Made by a program: the position numbers and the translations under genes. 58,721 nt of DNA. Source: a bacterium. Lineage in GTDB: Bacteria > Desulfobacterota > Binatia > UBA12015. The notes below the pieces were generated by a model, which was given only the letters and a program-made list of their open reading frames with translations, searched no databases and was not told the DNA's origin. Each line of letters opens with the position of its first letter. Positions within the stretch are counted from its first letter, which is position 1. Where the stretch lies: NCBI GenBank assembly GCA_030430245.1, contig JAUIFY010000003.1, forward strand, positions 1 to 58,721. The letters run 5' to 3'. This document shows positions 45,333-54,877 of this stretch, in pieces.

Positions 45333-45925
45333 CGAAGAAGAAATGGGATCGCGCCGCGGCCAACTTCGACCTGATGGCGGGCTACGGTCCGGAGAAGCGC
45401 TGGGCGCCGTTCAAAGAGCGCTTCTTCGCGCAGATGGGCGAGGGCCGCATCCTCTTCCTCGCCGTGGGCACCGGCCTCGACGTTCCCTTCTTTCCGGCGC
45501 GTCGGAACATCGTCGGGATCGACATCAGTGACAAGATGATCGAGGTCGCGCGCCCGAGGCTCGACAAGTACGAGGGCGACATCGAGACGCACGCCATGGA
45601 CGTCCACGACATGTCGTTCGAGGACGGGTCGTTCGACCAGGTGTTCACCTCCTGCACGTTCTGCTCGGTGCCGAATCCCGTCCAGGGCCTCGCGCAACTC
45701 CGTCGCGTTCTGAAGCCCGGTGGCGACCTCCACATGTTCGAGCACACGGGAAGCCGCTACTACCCGTTCAAGCTCATGATGAATCTCATGACGCCGCTCT
45801 CGCGTCGCTTCGGCCCAGACATGAACCGCGACACCGTCAGCAACGTCGAGGCGGCCGGCTTCGCGCCGGTCCGGGTCGAGCACGTGTACCTCGACGTCGT
45901 GAAGACGATCCACGCGACCGCCTGA
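45320..45925 (+). CDS. Class I SAM-dependent methyltransferase
   Basis: ILFLAVGTGLD (motif I), GIDISDKMIEVAR and LKPGGDLHMFEH. The start overlaps the preceding gene by 13 nt. Confidence 0.85.
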   Translation: MDIVTKKKWDRAAANFDLMAGYGPEKRWAPFKERFFAQMGEGRILFLAVGTGLDVPFFPARRNIVGIDISDKMIEVARPRLDKYEGDIETHAMDVHDMSFEDGSFDQVFTSCTFCSVPNPVQGLAQLRRVLKPGGDLHMFEHTGSRYYPFKLMMNLMTPLSRRFGPDMNRDTVSNVEAAGFAPVRVEHVYLDVVKTIHATA

Positions 45926-45939
45926 ACGAGACGGGCTCG

Positions 45940-48900
45940 TCAGGCTTCCGGCGCTGGGCTGGTGATGCCCAGCCTGCCGAGCGTGCGGCGTGCCCACACC
46001 GTGGCCGCATCGATGAGGGTGTAGAGGACGGGAACGACGACGAGCGTCAGCAGGGTCGACGTCACGAGGCCGCCAATGGTGATCACCGCCATCGGGGCGC
46101 GGAACTCCGCGCCAACTCCCTCCGACAGAACGGCCGGCAGGAGTCCGAAGATGAGCGTTCCCGCGGTCATCAGCACGGGCCGCATGCGGACCGGACCGGC
46201 GGCGAGCATCGCGTCGGTGGCGGATCGGCCGTCCCGCTCTCGCAGCTGATTCGCATAGTCCACGAGGAGGATTCCGTTCTTCATGACGAGGCCCATCAGG
46301 ACCAGCAACCCGATCCCGCTCATCATGTCCATCGACATTCCGGCGAGCGCGAGCGCGAGAAACCCGCCGATGAACGAGAGAGGAGCGGAGGCCATGATCG
46401 TGATGGGGTGGGTGAAGGAATTGAAGAGCGACGCGAGCACCATGTAGAGCGCGGCGAGCCCCAGCCCGAAGGCGAACACGATGTCGGCGCCGGTCTCTTC
46501 CATCGTGCGAGCTCGGCCTCCTGGAACGAGGGCGTCGGGTGCCTGGATCCCGATCTCACGCGCCCACGTCTCCAGCTTGCGGATCCCGTCGCTGAGCGAC
46601 GTGCCCGGAACGAGGTTCGCAAACAGCGCGATCTGCCGGCTCCGGTTCTCGCGACGGATCTCGACGGGGCCTTCGTCGACACGCGGCGTCGCGGCGTTCG
46701 CGAGTGGAACGAGCTCACCATGGACGTTGCGAAGCCGAATGAGGTCGAGCTGTTGCGGGTGGTCTCGGTAGTCGGGGAGAACCTGCACACGAACGTCGTG
46801 GCGGCGGCCGGCGTGCTCGAAGGAGCCGACCTTTTCTCCCGCGAGCAGAGTCCGAATGGCGCGCCCGATCGAGACGCTCGAAAGTCCGAGGTCGGCCGCG
46901 CGTTGCCGATCGACCTCGAGAGTCACCTGCGGCCGGCCGGCCTCGAACGAGCTGTGCACGTCGGTGAAGCTCGGATCGGCTTCCATCCGAGCGATCAGCT
47001 CGGTGGTGTAGCGCTCGAGGCGGCCGAGGCTCGGTCCCTGGAGGCTGTACTCGAGGTCGGTGAAGCGGTCCGTGTCCCCGTAGGAAGGATGGCCGACGGA
47101 GAGTTCCTTCACTCCGGGGACCACGCCGGCGAGTCGCTCACGGAAGTCCTCGAAGGTCTCGTCGATGTGCCGCGACCGCGCGGTCTTGGGCAGCAGGTTC
47201 ACTTCGAGCTTTCCTCGATTGGGCTCGTGGCGGACGTCGCTTCCCGCAACCGAGTAGATGCCGGTGATCTCCGGATGGTTCGCGAGGCGAGTTTCGAGCT
47301 CGCGGATGGCCCGACCGGTGACGGCGAGCGGCGTCCCGATGGGCAGCTTGACCGACACGAGCGCCTGAGAGAGATCCTCCTGGTTGTAGAGATCGAAGGG
47401 GAGCGTGGTGGCGACGCCGCAGCCGCCGGCGACCGCGCTGAGGCCGACCGCGACCGTGACGCCTCGTCGGCGGAGGGCGGTGGCGAGGAATCTCGCGTAT
47501 CCGTCCTCGACCGCGCCGAGTCCGCGTTCGAGGATCTCCGCCACGCGCCCCGAGGCCTGTCCCCGGCGGAGCATCCGGCTGGCCAGCGCTGGTGTCAGGG
47601 TGAGTGCGACGAGCGTCGACACGCAGACGGCCACGGTCACGGTGACGCCGAACTCGTAGAAGTATTGCCCCACGTTGCTCGTCATGAACGCGATCGGGAC
47701 GAAGACCGCGCAGACCGCGAGGGTGGTCGACACGACCGCCAACCCCACCTCTTCGCTGCCCTCGATGCTCGCCCGGATCGGATCTTGCCCGGCTTCGATG
47801 CGCCGGAAGATGCTCTCGAGGACGACGATCGCGTCGTCGATCACGAGCCCGATGGCCAGCGAGAGCGCGATCAGCGTCATGACGTTGAGGGAAAGGTCGA
47901 AGGCGAGGAGAAACGTGAAGCTCGCGATCAAGCTCGCGGGAATCGTCGCGGTGGCGATCAACGTCGAGCGCCACTCACGGAGGAAGACGAAGACGACCAG
48001 GATCACCAGAATCGTGGCGACGATCATGTCGACGAACACGCTTCGGATCTGGTCTTCGACGACCACGACGTAGTCTCGGGTGATCGCGACCTCGACGTCG
48101 GGAGGGAGTGTGGTCGCGATCGCTGCGACCTCGGCGCGGACGGCGTGGCCCAGGGTGACGAGGTCGGCGCCGCTCTGTCGCTTGATCTCGAGCGCGACCC
48201 CGGGACGACCGTTGAAGCGCGCGATGCTCCGGCGTTCGGCCATCCCGTCCTCGACCGTCGCGACGTCGCGAAGCCGAACGAGTCGTCCTCCGCGTTGCGC
48301 GACGACCATCTCACCGAAGGCGGCGACGTCGGCTGCCTTCCCCTGCGTGGTCACCGACCACTCCGTGTCCCCGCCTTCGATGCGCCCACCCGCCATCTCG
48401 GCGTTCTCTCGGCGAAGGGTCGTCGAGACGTCCTCGATCGCGAGGTCGTAGCCGGCGAGCCGGACGGGATCGAGCCAGATTCGGATCTCGCGCTCGCGCG
48501 CGCCCCGCAGAAGGATGCCGCCGACACCGGGCAGTCGTTCCAGCCGCTCCTTGACCTGATGCTCGGCGATGTCCGAGAGCTCGCGCAGCGAAACCGGCCC
48601 CCCCAGCACGATCGTCATGATCGATGTGGCGGTGAGATCGAACTTCTGGACGACCGGGTCTTCGATGTCGAGCGGCAGGAGCGGCCGGGCGAGGGCGACT
48701 TTCTCCCGCACCTCCTGCGTCTTCACATCGGCGTCGTACTGAAGCCCGAACTGGATCGTGATGGTCGAGAGCCCCTGGGACGACGTCGACGACATCGTGT
48801 GCACGCCCTCGATGGAGTTCAGTTGCTCCTCGAGGGGCTCGGTCACCTCCCGGTCCATCGTCTCCGGCGAAGCGCCGCGGAGCTCGGTGCGCACCGCGGC

Positions 48901-49032
48901 GAGAGGGAACTCGATGTCCGGATCGATCTGCATCCCGATGCGCGAGAGGGAGACGAGGCCGAGGATGACGAGACCCAGAATGAGCATGGCGGCGAACACG
49001 GGCCGCCGGATGGACGTCGTCGACAGGCTCAT
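45940..49032 (-). CDS. RND efflux transporter permease (AcrB/HAE1-like)
   Basis: 1030 aa. MSLSTTSIRRPVFAAMLILGLVILG N-terminus. Two large periplasmic loops and the conserved LAIGLVIDDAIVVLE in TM4. Confidence 0.92.
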   Translation of the reverse strand: MSLSTTSIRRPVFAAMLILGLVILGLVSLSRIGMQIDPDIEFPLAAVRTELRGASPETMDREVTEPLEEQLNSIEGVHTMSSTSSQGLSTITIQFGLQYDADVKTQEVREKVALARPLLPLDIEDPVVQKFDLTATSIMTIVLGGPVSLRELSDIAEHQVKERLERLPGVGGILLRGAREREIRIWLDPVRLAGYDLAIEDVSTTLRRENAEMAGGRIEGGDTEWSVTTQGKAADVAAFGEMVVAQRGGRLVRLRDVATVEDGMAERRSIARFNGRPGVALEIKRQSGADLVTLGHAVRAEVAAIATTLPPDVEVAITRDYVVVVEDQIRSVFVDMIVATILVILVVFVFLREWRSTLIATATIPASLIASFTFLLAFDLSLNVMTLIALSLAIGLVIDDAIVVLESIFRRIEAGQDPIRASIEGSEEVGLAVVSTTLAVCAVFVPIAFMTSNVGQYFYEFGVTVTVAVCVSTLVALTLTPALASRMLRRGQASGRVAEILERGLGAVEDGYARFLATALRRRGVTVAVGLSAVAGGCGVATTLPFDLYNQEDLSQALVSVKLPIGTPLAVTGRAIRELETRLANHPEITGIYSVAGSDVRHEPNRGKLEVNLLPKTARSRHIDETFEDFRERLAGVVPGVKELSVGHPSYGDTDRFTDLEYSLQGPSLGRLERYTTELIARMEADPSFTDVHSSFEAGRPQVTLEVDRQRAADLGLSSVSIGRAIRTLLAGEKVGSFEHAGRRHDVRVQVLPDYRDHPQQLDLIRLRNVHGELVPLANAATPRVDEGPVEIRRENRSRQIALFANLVPGTSLSDGIRKLETWAREIGIQAPDALVPGGRARTMEETGADIVFAFGLGLAALYMVLASLFNSFTHPITIMASAPLSFIGGFLALALAGMSMDMMSGIGLLVLMGLVMKNGILLVDYANQLRERDGRSATDAMLAAGPVRMRPVLMTAGTLIFGLLPAVLSEGVGAEFRAPMAVITIGGLVTSTLLTLVVVPVLYTLIDAATVWARRTLGRLGITSPAPEA

Positions 49033-50192
49033 CGTTCGTCCGCTCCCGCGCGTGCGAGAGGGGAGCTCGCCCGCCGCACGCGGTCGCCGTCGACGAGGCG
49101 CGCCAGAACGTCGCCTCGCACGAGCTCCGCGCCGACCTGGACCCCCGACAGCAGCTCCGCGTCGTCCGCGGTCTGCGCGCCGGTGCGCACGGTGACCTGA
49201 CGCACGTGCTCCCCGTCGACGACGAAGACGAAGGTGCGTCCGTCTCGAACGAGCAGGGCGGATCTCGACACGGTCGGCCGCGGCCCGTCCGGCTCGACGA
49301 CGACGTCCGCACGAACGAACGAGCCGGCCTTGAGGACGCCCCCGGGGGAGGTGACGGGCGCGCGCACCTCGACCGTTCGCGTTGCGGGGTCGACCCGGTC
49401 GCTCACCCGCGTGACTTCGGTTCGGACGGGTTCGGCGAGGCCGGGAGCGAAGACGCGCACCGGGTCTCCGACGGAGACGGGCACGAGGGTCGCCTCCGGA
49501 ATGTTCAGGACCACCTCCAGATGGCCCGTTTCCTGGAGGACGATCACCGGCTGGCTACCGGACATCGCTCCCTCGTGGGCGAGCCGCTCGACCACGCTGC
49601 CCGCGTACGGGGCGCGGACGACCGTTCTCTCCAGATCGGTGCGCGCGGCGTCGAGACGGGCCTTCATCTGAGCGAGTCGGGCCGCCGCGACGGCTGCGGC
49701 CGTCTTGCGCTCGTCCCGTACGCTCATCGAGGTAGCGCGCTCTTCGACGAGTCGCTCGATGCGGGCTTCCTCCGCCTCGGCGTTCTCGAGCTCCGCGCGA
49801 GCGAGTGCCAGCCCGGCTTGCGATTCCGCGACTGCGATCTCGTACGGTACGGGATCGATCCGGAAGAGCTCGTCGCCCTCGTCGACCTCGTCTCCGACGT
49901 CGACGAGGACCGAGAGGATCCGGCCCGAGATCTCGGCCCCGATCGCGGATTCGCGCCGCGCCCGTACCGATCCGGCTGCCGCCACCGTGGTCGGAAGGAT
50001 GCGCGCCTCGACGCGGATGGTCTCGACCGGGAGCGGGGCGGGCGGCTCGGAGGCCAGCGGTGGCGAGCCGGCGCCCGGCGCCGGGTTCGAACCGCCGCAG
50101 GCGGAAAGAGCGACCGCCGCGACGAGGACTCGTCCGACGACGAGCCGAGGTCTCGCTGTGCGGGCCGGGCGGGCGCGCTGGTCGCGCCTCAC
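49029..50192 (-). CDS. RND periplasmic adaptor (membrane fusion protein, HlyD/AcrA family) lipoprotein
   Basis: GTG start overlapping the TetR stop (GTGA). Lipobox AVALSAC. Lipoyl/coiled-coil/beta-barrel pattern (GDELFRIDPVPYEIAV..., VRAPYAGSVVER). The stop overlaps the pump start (ATGA). Confidence 0.85.
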   Translation of the reverse strand: MRRDQRARPARTARPRLVVGRVLVAAVALSACGGSNPAPGAGSPPLASEPPAPLPVETIRVEARILPTTVAAAGSVRARRESAIGAEISGRILSVLVDVGDEVDEGDELFRIDPVPYEIAVAESQAGLALARAELENAEAEEARIERLVEERATSMSVRDERKTAAAVAAARLAQMKARLDAARTDLERTVVRAPYAGSVVERLAHEGAMSGSQPVIVLQETGHLEVVLNIPEATLVPVSVGDPVRVFAPGLAEPVRTEVTRVSDRVDPATRTVEVRAPVTSPGGVLKAGSFVRADVVVEPDGPRPTVSRSALLVRDGRTFVFVVDGEHVRQVTVRTGAQTADDAELLSGVQVGAELVRGDVLARLVDGDRVRRASSPLARAGADER

Positions 50193-50890
50193 GACGGCCC
50201 CCGCCGGGTCCCGGAGCGTACACGCCGCCGGGGAGCAAGGGCCCGCTCGCCGGTTGCCGCAGGCTGCGTGCCCACCGCGAGGATGCCGCGAAGCAATCCG
50301 GGCAGCATCTTGCCCACTCGCTCCAGCGAGTACGTATCCGGGTCGAGCACGGCGGCCGTCGCGAGTCCGTCGAGCGAGGCATTCAGGCAATCCGTGGCGA
50401 GCGTCACCTCGGACGAGCCGGCGTCGCGACCCATCTCGGCCGCAACGTACGATTCGATCAGCTCCCGGTATTCGGCGTCGTGGTCGCGTAGCTCGACGCG
50501 GAGTCGTTCGCTGCTGAGGGCGGCTCCTCGGTACGCGATCACGACGCGCCAATAGAGGGAGTCGGGCGACCGGGCGCGCAGGGATTCGAGAAAGCCCTCG
50601 CGCAGGCCGGACATGTCCTCCGGGAGCCGCGGCTCCCGGGCCTCGATCTCCTCGTGGAGCTGCTCGAGTGCGGCGCGAAGTGCGGCCACGATCAGGTCTT
50701 CCTTGTTCGAGAAGTAGTGTTGGATCAGGCCGAGGGAGCAGTCGAGTTCGTCGGCGATGCGACGAAGGCTCGCCCCGGACAGTCCCTCGCGGTCGATGAC
50801 CCGACACGCGGCTGCGGCGATCAGGCGGCGCTGTGTCGCGTCGAACGCGGCGCGCGCGGATTCCGTGATTTCCTTTGGTCTCGCCGACAT
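50189..50890 (-). CDS. TetR/AcrR family transcriptional regulator
   Basis: HTH: RRLIAAAACRVIDREGLSGASLRRIADELDCSLGLIQHYFSNKEDL. I prefer ATG 50890 over the TTG at 50911 used by the track. Confidence 0.85.
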   Translation of the reverse strand: MSARPKEITESARAAFDATQRRLIAAAACRVIDREGLSGASLRRIADELDCSLGLIQHYFSNKEDLIVAALRAALEQLHEEIEAREPRLPEDMSGLREGFLESLRARSPDSLYWRVVIAYRGAALSSERLRVELRDHDAEYRELIESYVAAEMGRDAGSSEVTLATDCLNASLDGLATAAVLDPDTYSLERVGKMLPGLLRGILAVGTQPAATGERALAPRRRVRSGTRRGPS

Positions 50891-50909
50891 GTCACTCGTA
50901 TGGAACTCC

Positions 50910-50923
50910 AAGTCAGTTGACTT
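50910..50923. promoter_or_regulatory. Palindrome AAGTCA-GT-TGACTT, candidate TetR operator/promoter element
   Basis: It lies 20 nt upstream of the TetR ATG in an AT-richer stretch. On the minus strand it sits between TTGAAA and TTCCAT hexamers spaced 17 nt apart. This rests on pattern only. Confidence 0.35.
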
Positions 50924-51012
50924 TTCAAGGGTCCTCCCGTCGTCGAGGGCGCCCGGGCCGCCTCCGGAGGCCGGTGCTTCCGAACCCCGAGGCCGACCGG
51001 TAGGGATCTCGG

Positions 51013-51930
51013 ATGCTTCGAGATCAGCGCATCCTCGTCACGGGCGCGACGGGCCAGGTGGCTCGGGTGCTCGCCGAAACGTTGAACGAGCGCAACGAGG
51101 TCGTCGCGGCCGCGCGGTTCACCAACGCCGAGGCGAAGAAGGCTCTCGAGGCCCGGGGAATCGGCACGGCCTATCTCTCGATCGGAGACGAAGATCTCTC
51201 GACGCTTCCCGACGTGGACTACGTGTTCCACTGCGGCGCCAATACCTACCCCCGCACGACGGACGAGGCGCTCCTGCACAACGCGGAGGGCGTCGGATTC
51301 CTGATGAAGCGCTACCGCGATGCAAAGGGCTTCCTGCACATGTCGTCGTCTTCGGTCTATCGGGTGCCGGCGGGCATGCGTGAGCCCGTACGAGAGGACC
51401 ACGACCTGGGAGGCCATTCCGCATACTCGCCGCCGTACGCGATGAGCAAGCTGGCGGGCGAGGCGGTCGTGCGGTTCCAGGCGCGCGCCCTGTCCCTGCC
51501 GACGATCATCACGCGCCTGGACGTCGCCTATGGGTCTCAGGGTCACGGCGGCGCCCCGATGATTCTCTACGAGATGATGAAGGGTGGGCAGGCGTACACC
51601 CGTGCCGAGTCGGGCGAGACCTACTGCTCGCTCATCCACGAGGACGACATCGCCGCGCAGTGCGAAAACCTGATCGAGCGTGCCGACGTCCCGGCGATCG
51701 TGGTGAACCTGGGGGGAGACGAGCCGACGGCGATGGGAGAGCTCATCGCCTACATCGAGTCGCTCACCGGTCTCGAGATGAAGACCGAGACCGGCCCGGA
51801 AGACACCTGGGGCATGAAGGTGCTCGACAACACGCTCCGCAAGGAGCTGGGCGGCCCGTGCAAGGTCCCGTGGAAGGAGGGGGTGCGCCGCGCTCTGGAG
51901 GCCCGGTACCCGGGAGCGTTCGAGAGCTGA
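51013..51930 (+). CDS. NAD-dependent epimerase/dehydratase family protein
   Basis: ILVTGATGQVARVL Rossmann motif and YAMSKLAGE (YxxxK). Confidence 0.85.
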   Translation: MLRDQRILVTGATGQVARVLAETLNERNEVVAAARFTNAEAKKALEARGIGTAYLSIGDEDLSTLPDVDYVFHCGANTYPRTTDEALLHNAEGVGFLMKRYRDAKGFLHMSSSSVYRVPAGMREPVREDHDLGGHSAYSPPYAMSKLAGEAVVRFQARALSLPTIITRLDVAYGSQGHGGAPMILYEMMKGGQAYTRAESGETYCSLIHEDDIAAQCENLIERADVPAIVVNLGGDEPTAMGELIAYIESLTGLEMKTETGPEDTWGMKVLDNTLRKELGGPCKVPWKEGVRRALEARYPGAFES

Positions 51931-51998
51931 CTCCCCGGACGACCGCCCCCGGGGCGGGATGACGCGATCCGCGCGCCATCCCGCCACGAGTCGTGCGG

Positions 51999-54560
51999 CT
52001 ACCGGAGGTGGCCCGACAGCAGATCGTCGAAGCCGGGGCGCTCGGGACCGACCGGTGGCTCCGGGTTCCCGACGACCACGCCGTCGGTGGCGGCACAGGT
52101 GCAGATGCCGTTCGGGCCCATCGAGGGGTTGCCGTCCGAGCACTGCATCTGGAAGCAGCTGTCGTGGACCGGGATCGTCCCGTCGAAGTTGCCGAGATCC
52201 ATGCAGCAGTTGGCCGCGGACCACGAGGTGGAGAGGCCGTCCGCGCACGTCACGAGGCCGCACTGCGGGTTGGCACTCGGGCCACCGGTGCCGGCCTGGT
52301 CGATCATGCAACCGAGGACGCCGTCGATCTGTCCCTGCTCGTTCGGGTTGCCGTCCGGCCCCCAGTTGATGACGTGGTCGGGGTCGTTCGGGTCGTTGCT
52401 ACCCTGGTACTCCGGCGGCGTGATGTCCTCGAGGAACTGCTGATCGCACTCGCGCCGTGCGGCCATCTGCGAGTTCAGACCGGTGCACGAGTCGCTGCAG
52501 TCCTCCGGGTTCGCGCAGTCCTTGATGCCCTTGTTGTTCAGGTACTCCCTGATCTCGCCGGGCTTCTGCTCCTTCAGGACGTCGTACTCCGCGGTGCTGA
52601 TCTCGCCGGACGCGTGCGCGAGCTCGAGCCGATTGAGGATCACGGCACTCGCCGTGCCGTAGATCTTCTTGCCGTTCTCGGGGTCGAGGAGTTCGAGCTC
52701 GACGCCGACGACTCCACCCGGGCCGGACGGCGACGTGGGAATGCTGAAGAACGTCTTGATCGCGTTCCAGACCTTCTGGCCGAGGCTCTCCTCCTTGCCG
52801 TCGCCCGTCTCTGCGGGATCGACCTCGTCCCCGCCGTCGGCTTCGTCTGCATCGGTCGGGGCGTCCTCGTCGTCGCCGCCGCCGTCCGAAATGGTGCACT
52901 TCGGATCCATGGGCACGCCCTGGAATGCGGACGAGAGATCGAGCGGGTCGTTCCCGCCGACGGAGTCCACGACGCACTGCGCGTGGGCGTGGAACGGGCT
53001 CGCGGGCTGGCTCAGGAACTCGTCCATGCACTCCTGAATCCCGCCCCAGCCGCCGAGCGATCCGCCCGGACCCTGGGTGCCGGCGTCCGCACCGCCGCCC
53101 GTGCCCCCCGCGCCGCCGTTGCACTCGGACTGCATCGCGGAGAAGTCGCCGGAGGTGAGGCCGTACCACGGCAGATCGTTGCCACCCGAGCCGAGCGAGG
53201 CGTTCCTGAGGCTTCCCGGGAAATCGCCGCCGTGCTTGCCGCGAATGTTCCCGAGCGAGCCACGGTCGAGCTTGCCGCCGCCGAACCGGTTGAACGCGTC
53301 GCCTCCCGACACGTCGGAGCAATCCTGCGAGCACGCGTAGCGGTCGCCGCGACCGCCCATCGACGTCATGCCCGAGGCGACCATGCCGGAGAGCGCGCAG
53401 TCACCGCGGCCCAGAGCCGCCGGATCGCGGAGCGAGTCCAACAGGACGTCGGGATGTACGCACAGGTCGGGTCCCGATCCCGCGCACGCCGGATAGCCGA
53501 TCAGCGCGCCGTCGATCCGGTCGTACATCCAGTAGACGTCGCCGGTCGCCCAACCGAGGCGTCCGACCTCGTCTTCGAGGATCTCGCGGTGCTCGTTCCA
53601 CCAGTACCACGACGCGGCAGCGTGGCCGCGGTGCTTGACGGTATCGTGCACGAGCAGCATGAGCGGTGCGACGAGTCGCGCGAGCTTGCCCTGGAGCGCG
53701 CCGAGGCCTGCCTCGTCCAGCCGCTCGAAGGCGCGGAAGTACGCCGCGTAGAGTGCGTAGTCGAGACGGCGCGACTGCTCGGCGCTGATGCACGCGAGCT
53801 GCGTCGCAATCTGGCGGAGCACCTCGACCTCGGCCGAGTGGTCGTCGCTCACGGACAGGACGGCGGCTCCGTAGCGCGCGACGAGCCGGTCGAGGATCAG
53901 GTCTCCCGCGCATCCGGGCATCTCCGCCAGATTCCGGACCTCGGTGTGCAGTCGAACACCGAGCATCCGCCGCAGCTCGATCTGGAGCTGCAACAGCGCC
54001 GCTGCGAGCGGCTCGTCGACGATGGACGGCTTCGCCAGATCGCCTCCGGCGAAGCCCCTCCACATCGACTTCTCGGCATCGCGAAGAAGCCCCTCGGCCT
54101 TCTCGTACTGTTCCGTGCGCCGAAGGAGCGACTTCTTGTATTTGCGGCGAAGCTTCTTCGCGAGCTTCTTCGCCGACGCGCTCGCCGACGTTCGGGCCGT
54201 CGTCTCCATCTTGTCGAGGAGTCCGCGGAGATCCGCCCCTGCCTCCATGGCCGCCTTGTCGAGGTCGGCCACGTGCGAGACCGCGTCGCCCCCGGTCCGG
54301 AGACGAATCAGGATCGCCTCGATCGGCTTCTCGAGCTTCGGACTCTTGGCGGCCGGATCGATCCTCGGCTCCTTCGTGCGGAAGAGATCGGTCTTCTTCG
54401 AGAACGCGTCCTTCTTGCGCTCGAAGGCTCCGGCCTTCGTCGTCGTTTTCTTGGCGGCGGCCTCCGCCGCCGTCATCACGAGCGGTGCGGCGAGCGCCGC
54501 GACCGCCGTCGTCGCCGCGAGCCAGCGGCGAGCGTTCTTTCCGATCGTCGTGCGAATCAT
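51999..54560 (-). CDS. Large secreted orphan protein (853 aa): Lys-rich helical N-region, Gly-rich and acidic linkers, Cys-rich C-terminus
   Basis: ATG at 54560 with GGGGGAGAG upstream. N-terminus MIRTTIGKNARRWLAATTAVAALAAPLVMTAAEAAA. The 449 further upstream codons of the track ORF overlap the SDR gene out of frame and are rejected. Confidence 0.7.
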   Translation of the reverse strand: MIRTTIGKNARRWLAATTAVAALAAPLVMTAAEAAAKKTTTKAGAFERKKDAFSKKTDLFRTKEPRIDPAAKSPKLEKPIEAILIRLRTGGDAVSHVADLDKAAMEAGADLRGLLDKMETTARTSASASAKKLAKKLRRKYKKSLLRRTEQYEKAEGLLRDAEKSMWRGFAGGDLAKPSIVDEPLAAALLQLQIELRRMLGVRLHTEVRNLAEMPGCAGDLILDRLVARYGAAVLSVSDDHSAEVEVLRQIATQLACISAEQSRRLDYALYAAYFRAFERLDEAGLGALQGKLARLVAPLMLLVHDTVKHRGHAAASWYWWNEHREILEDEVGRLGWATGDVYWMYDRIDGALIGYPACAGSGPDLCVHPDVLLDSLRDPAALGRGDCALSGMVASGMTSMGGRGDRYACSQDCSDVSGGDAFNRFGGGKLDRGSLGNIRGKHGGDFPGSLRNASLGSGGNDLPWYGLTSGDFSAMQSECNGGAGGTGGGADAGTQGPGGSLGGWGGIQECMDEFLSQPASPFHAHAQCVVDSVGGNDPLDLSSAFQGVPMDPKCTISDGGGDDEDAPTDADEADGGDEVDPAETGDGKEESLGQKVWNAIKTFFSIPTSPSGPGGVVGVELELLDPENGKKIYGTASAVILNRLELAHASGEISTAEYDVLKEQKPGEIREYLNNKGIKDCANPEDCSDSCTGLNSQMAARRECDQQFLEDITPPEYQGSNDPNDPDHVINWGPDGNPNEQGQIDGVLGCMIDQAGTGGPSANPQCGLVTCADGLSTSWSAANCCMDLGNFDGTIPVHDSCFQMQCSDGNPSMGPNGICTCAATDGVVVGNPEPPVGPERPGFDDLLSGHLR

Positions 54561-54877
54561 CGTTCTCTCCCCCTGATGGTCGATTTCGAGGCCGGGCTCG
54601 GGCGCCGGCGGAGCCGGAGGAGCGCAAGCGCCGTGCCGCCGGTTCCTGGGCACCGAAATCGCGCGATTGCAGAGGGTTTCAGCGGGTCGCGCTCGGGAGA
54701 GGCGTCCGGGGCGCGCCGAATGGTTAGCGCCGACCGCTAACGGGGGTGAGCGGCGCTTCGCGTGGCGCGCCCGAGTTGGCGGCGGTGGGGGCTGGGGCGG
54801 GCCCGACCGACGTGCGCGGATGCAGGCCGCTCCGAACGGCGAGGACGAGCGTCGCTCGAGACCGCTCCCCCGGGGAG

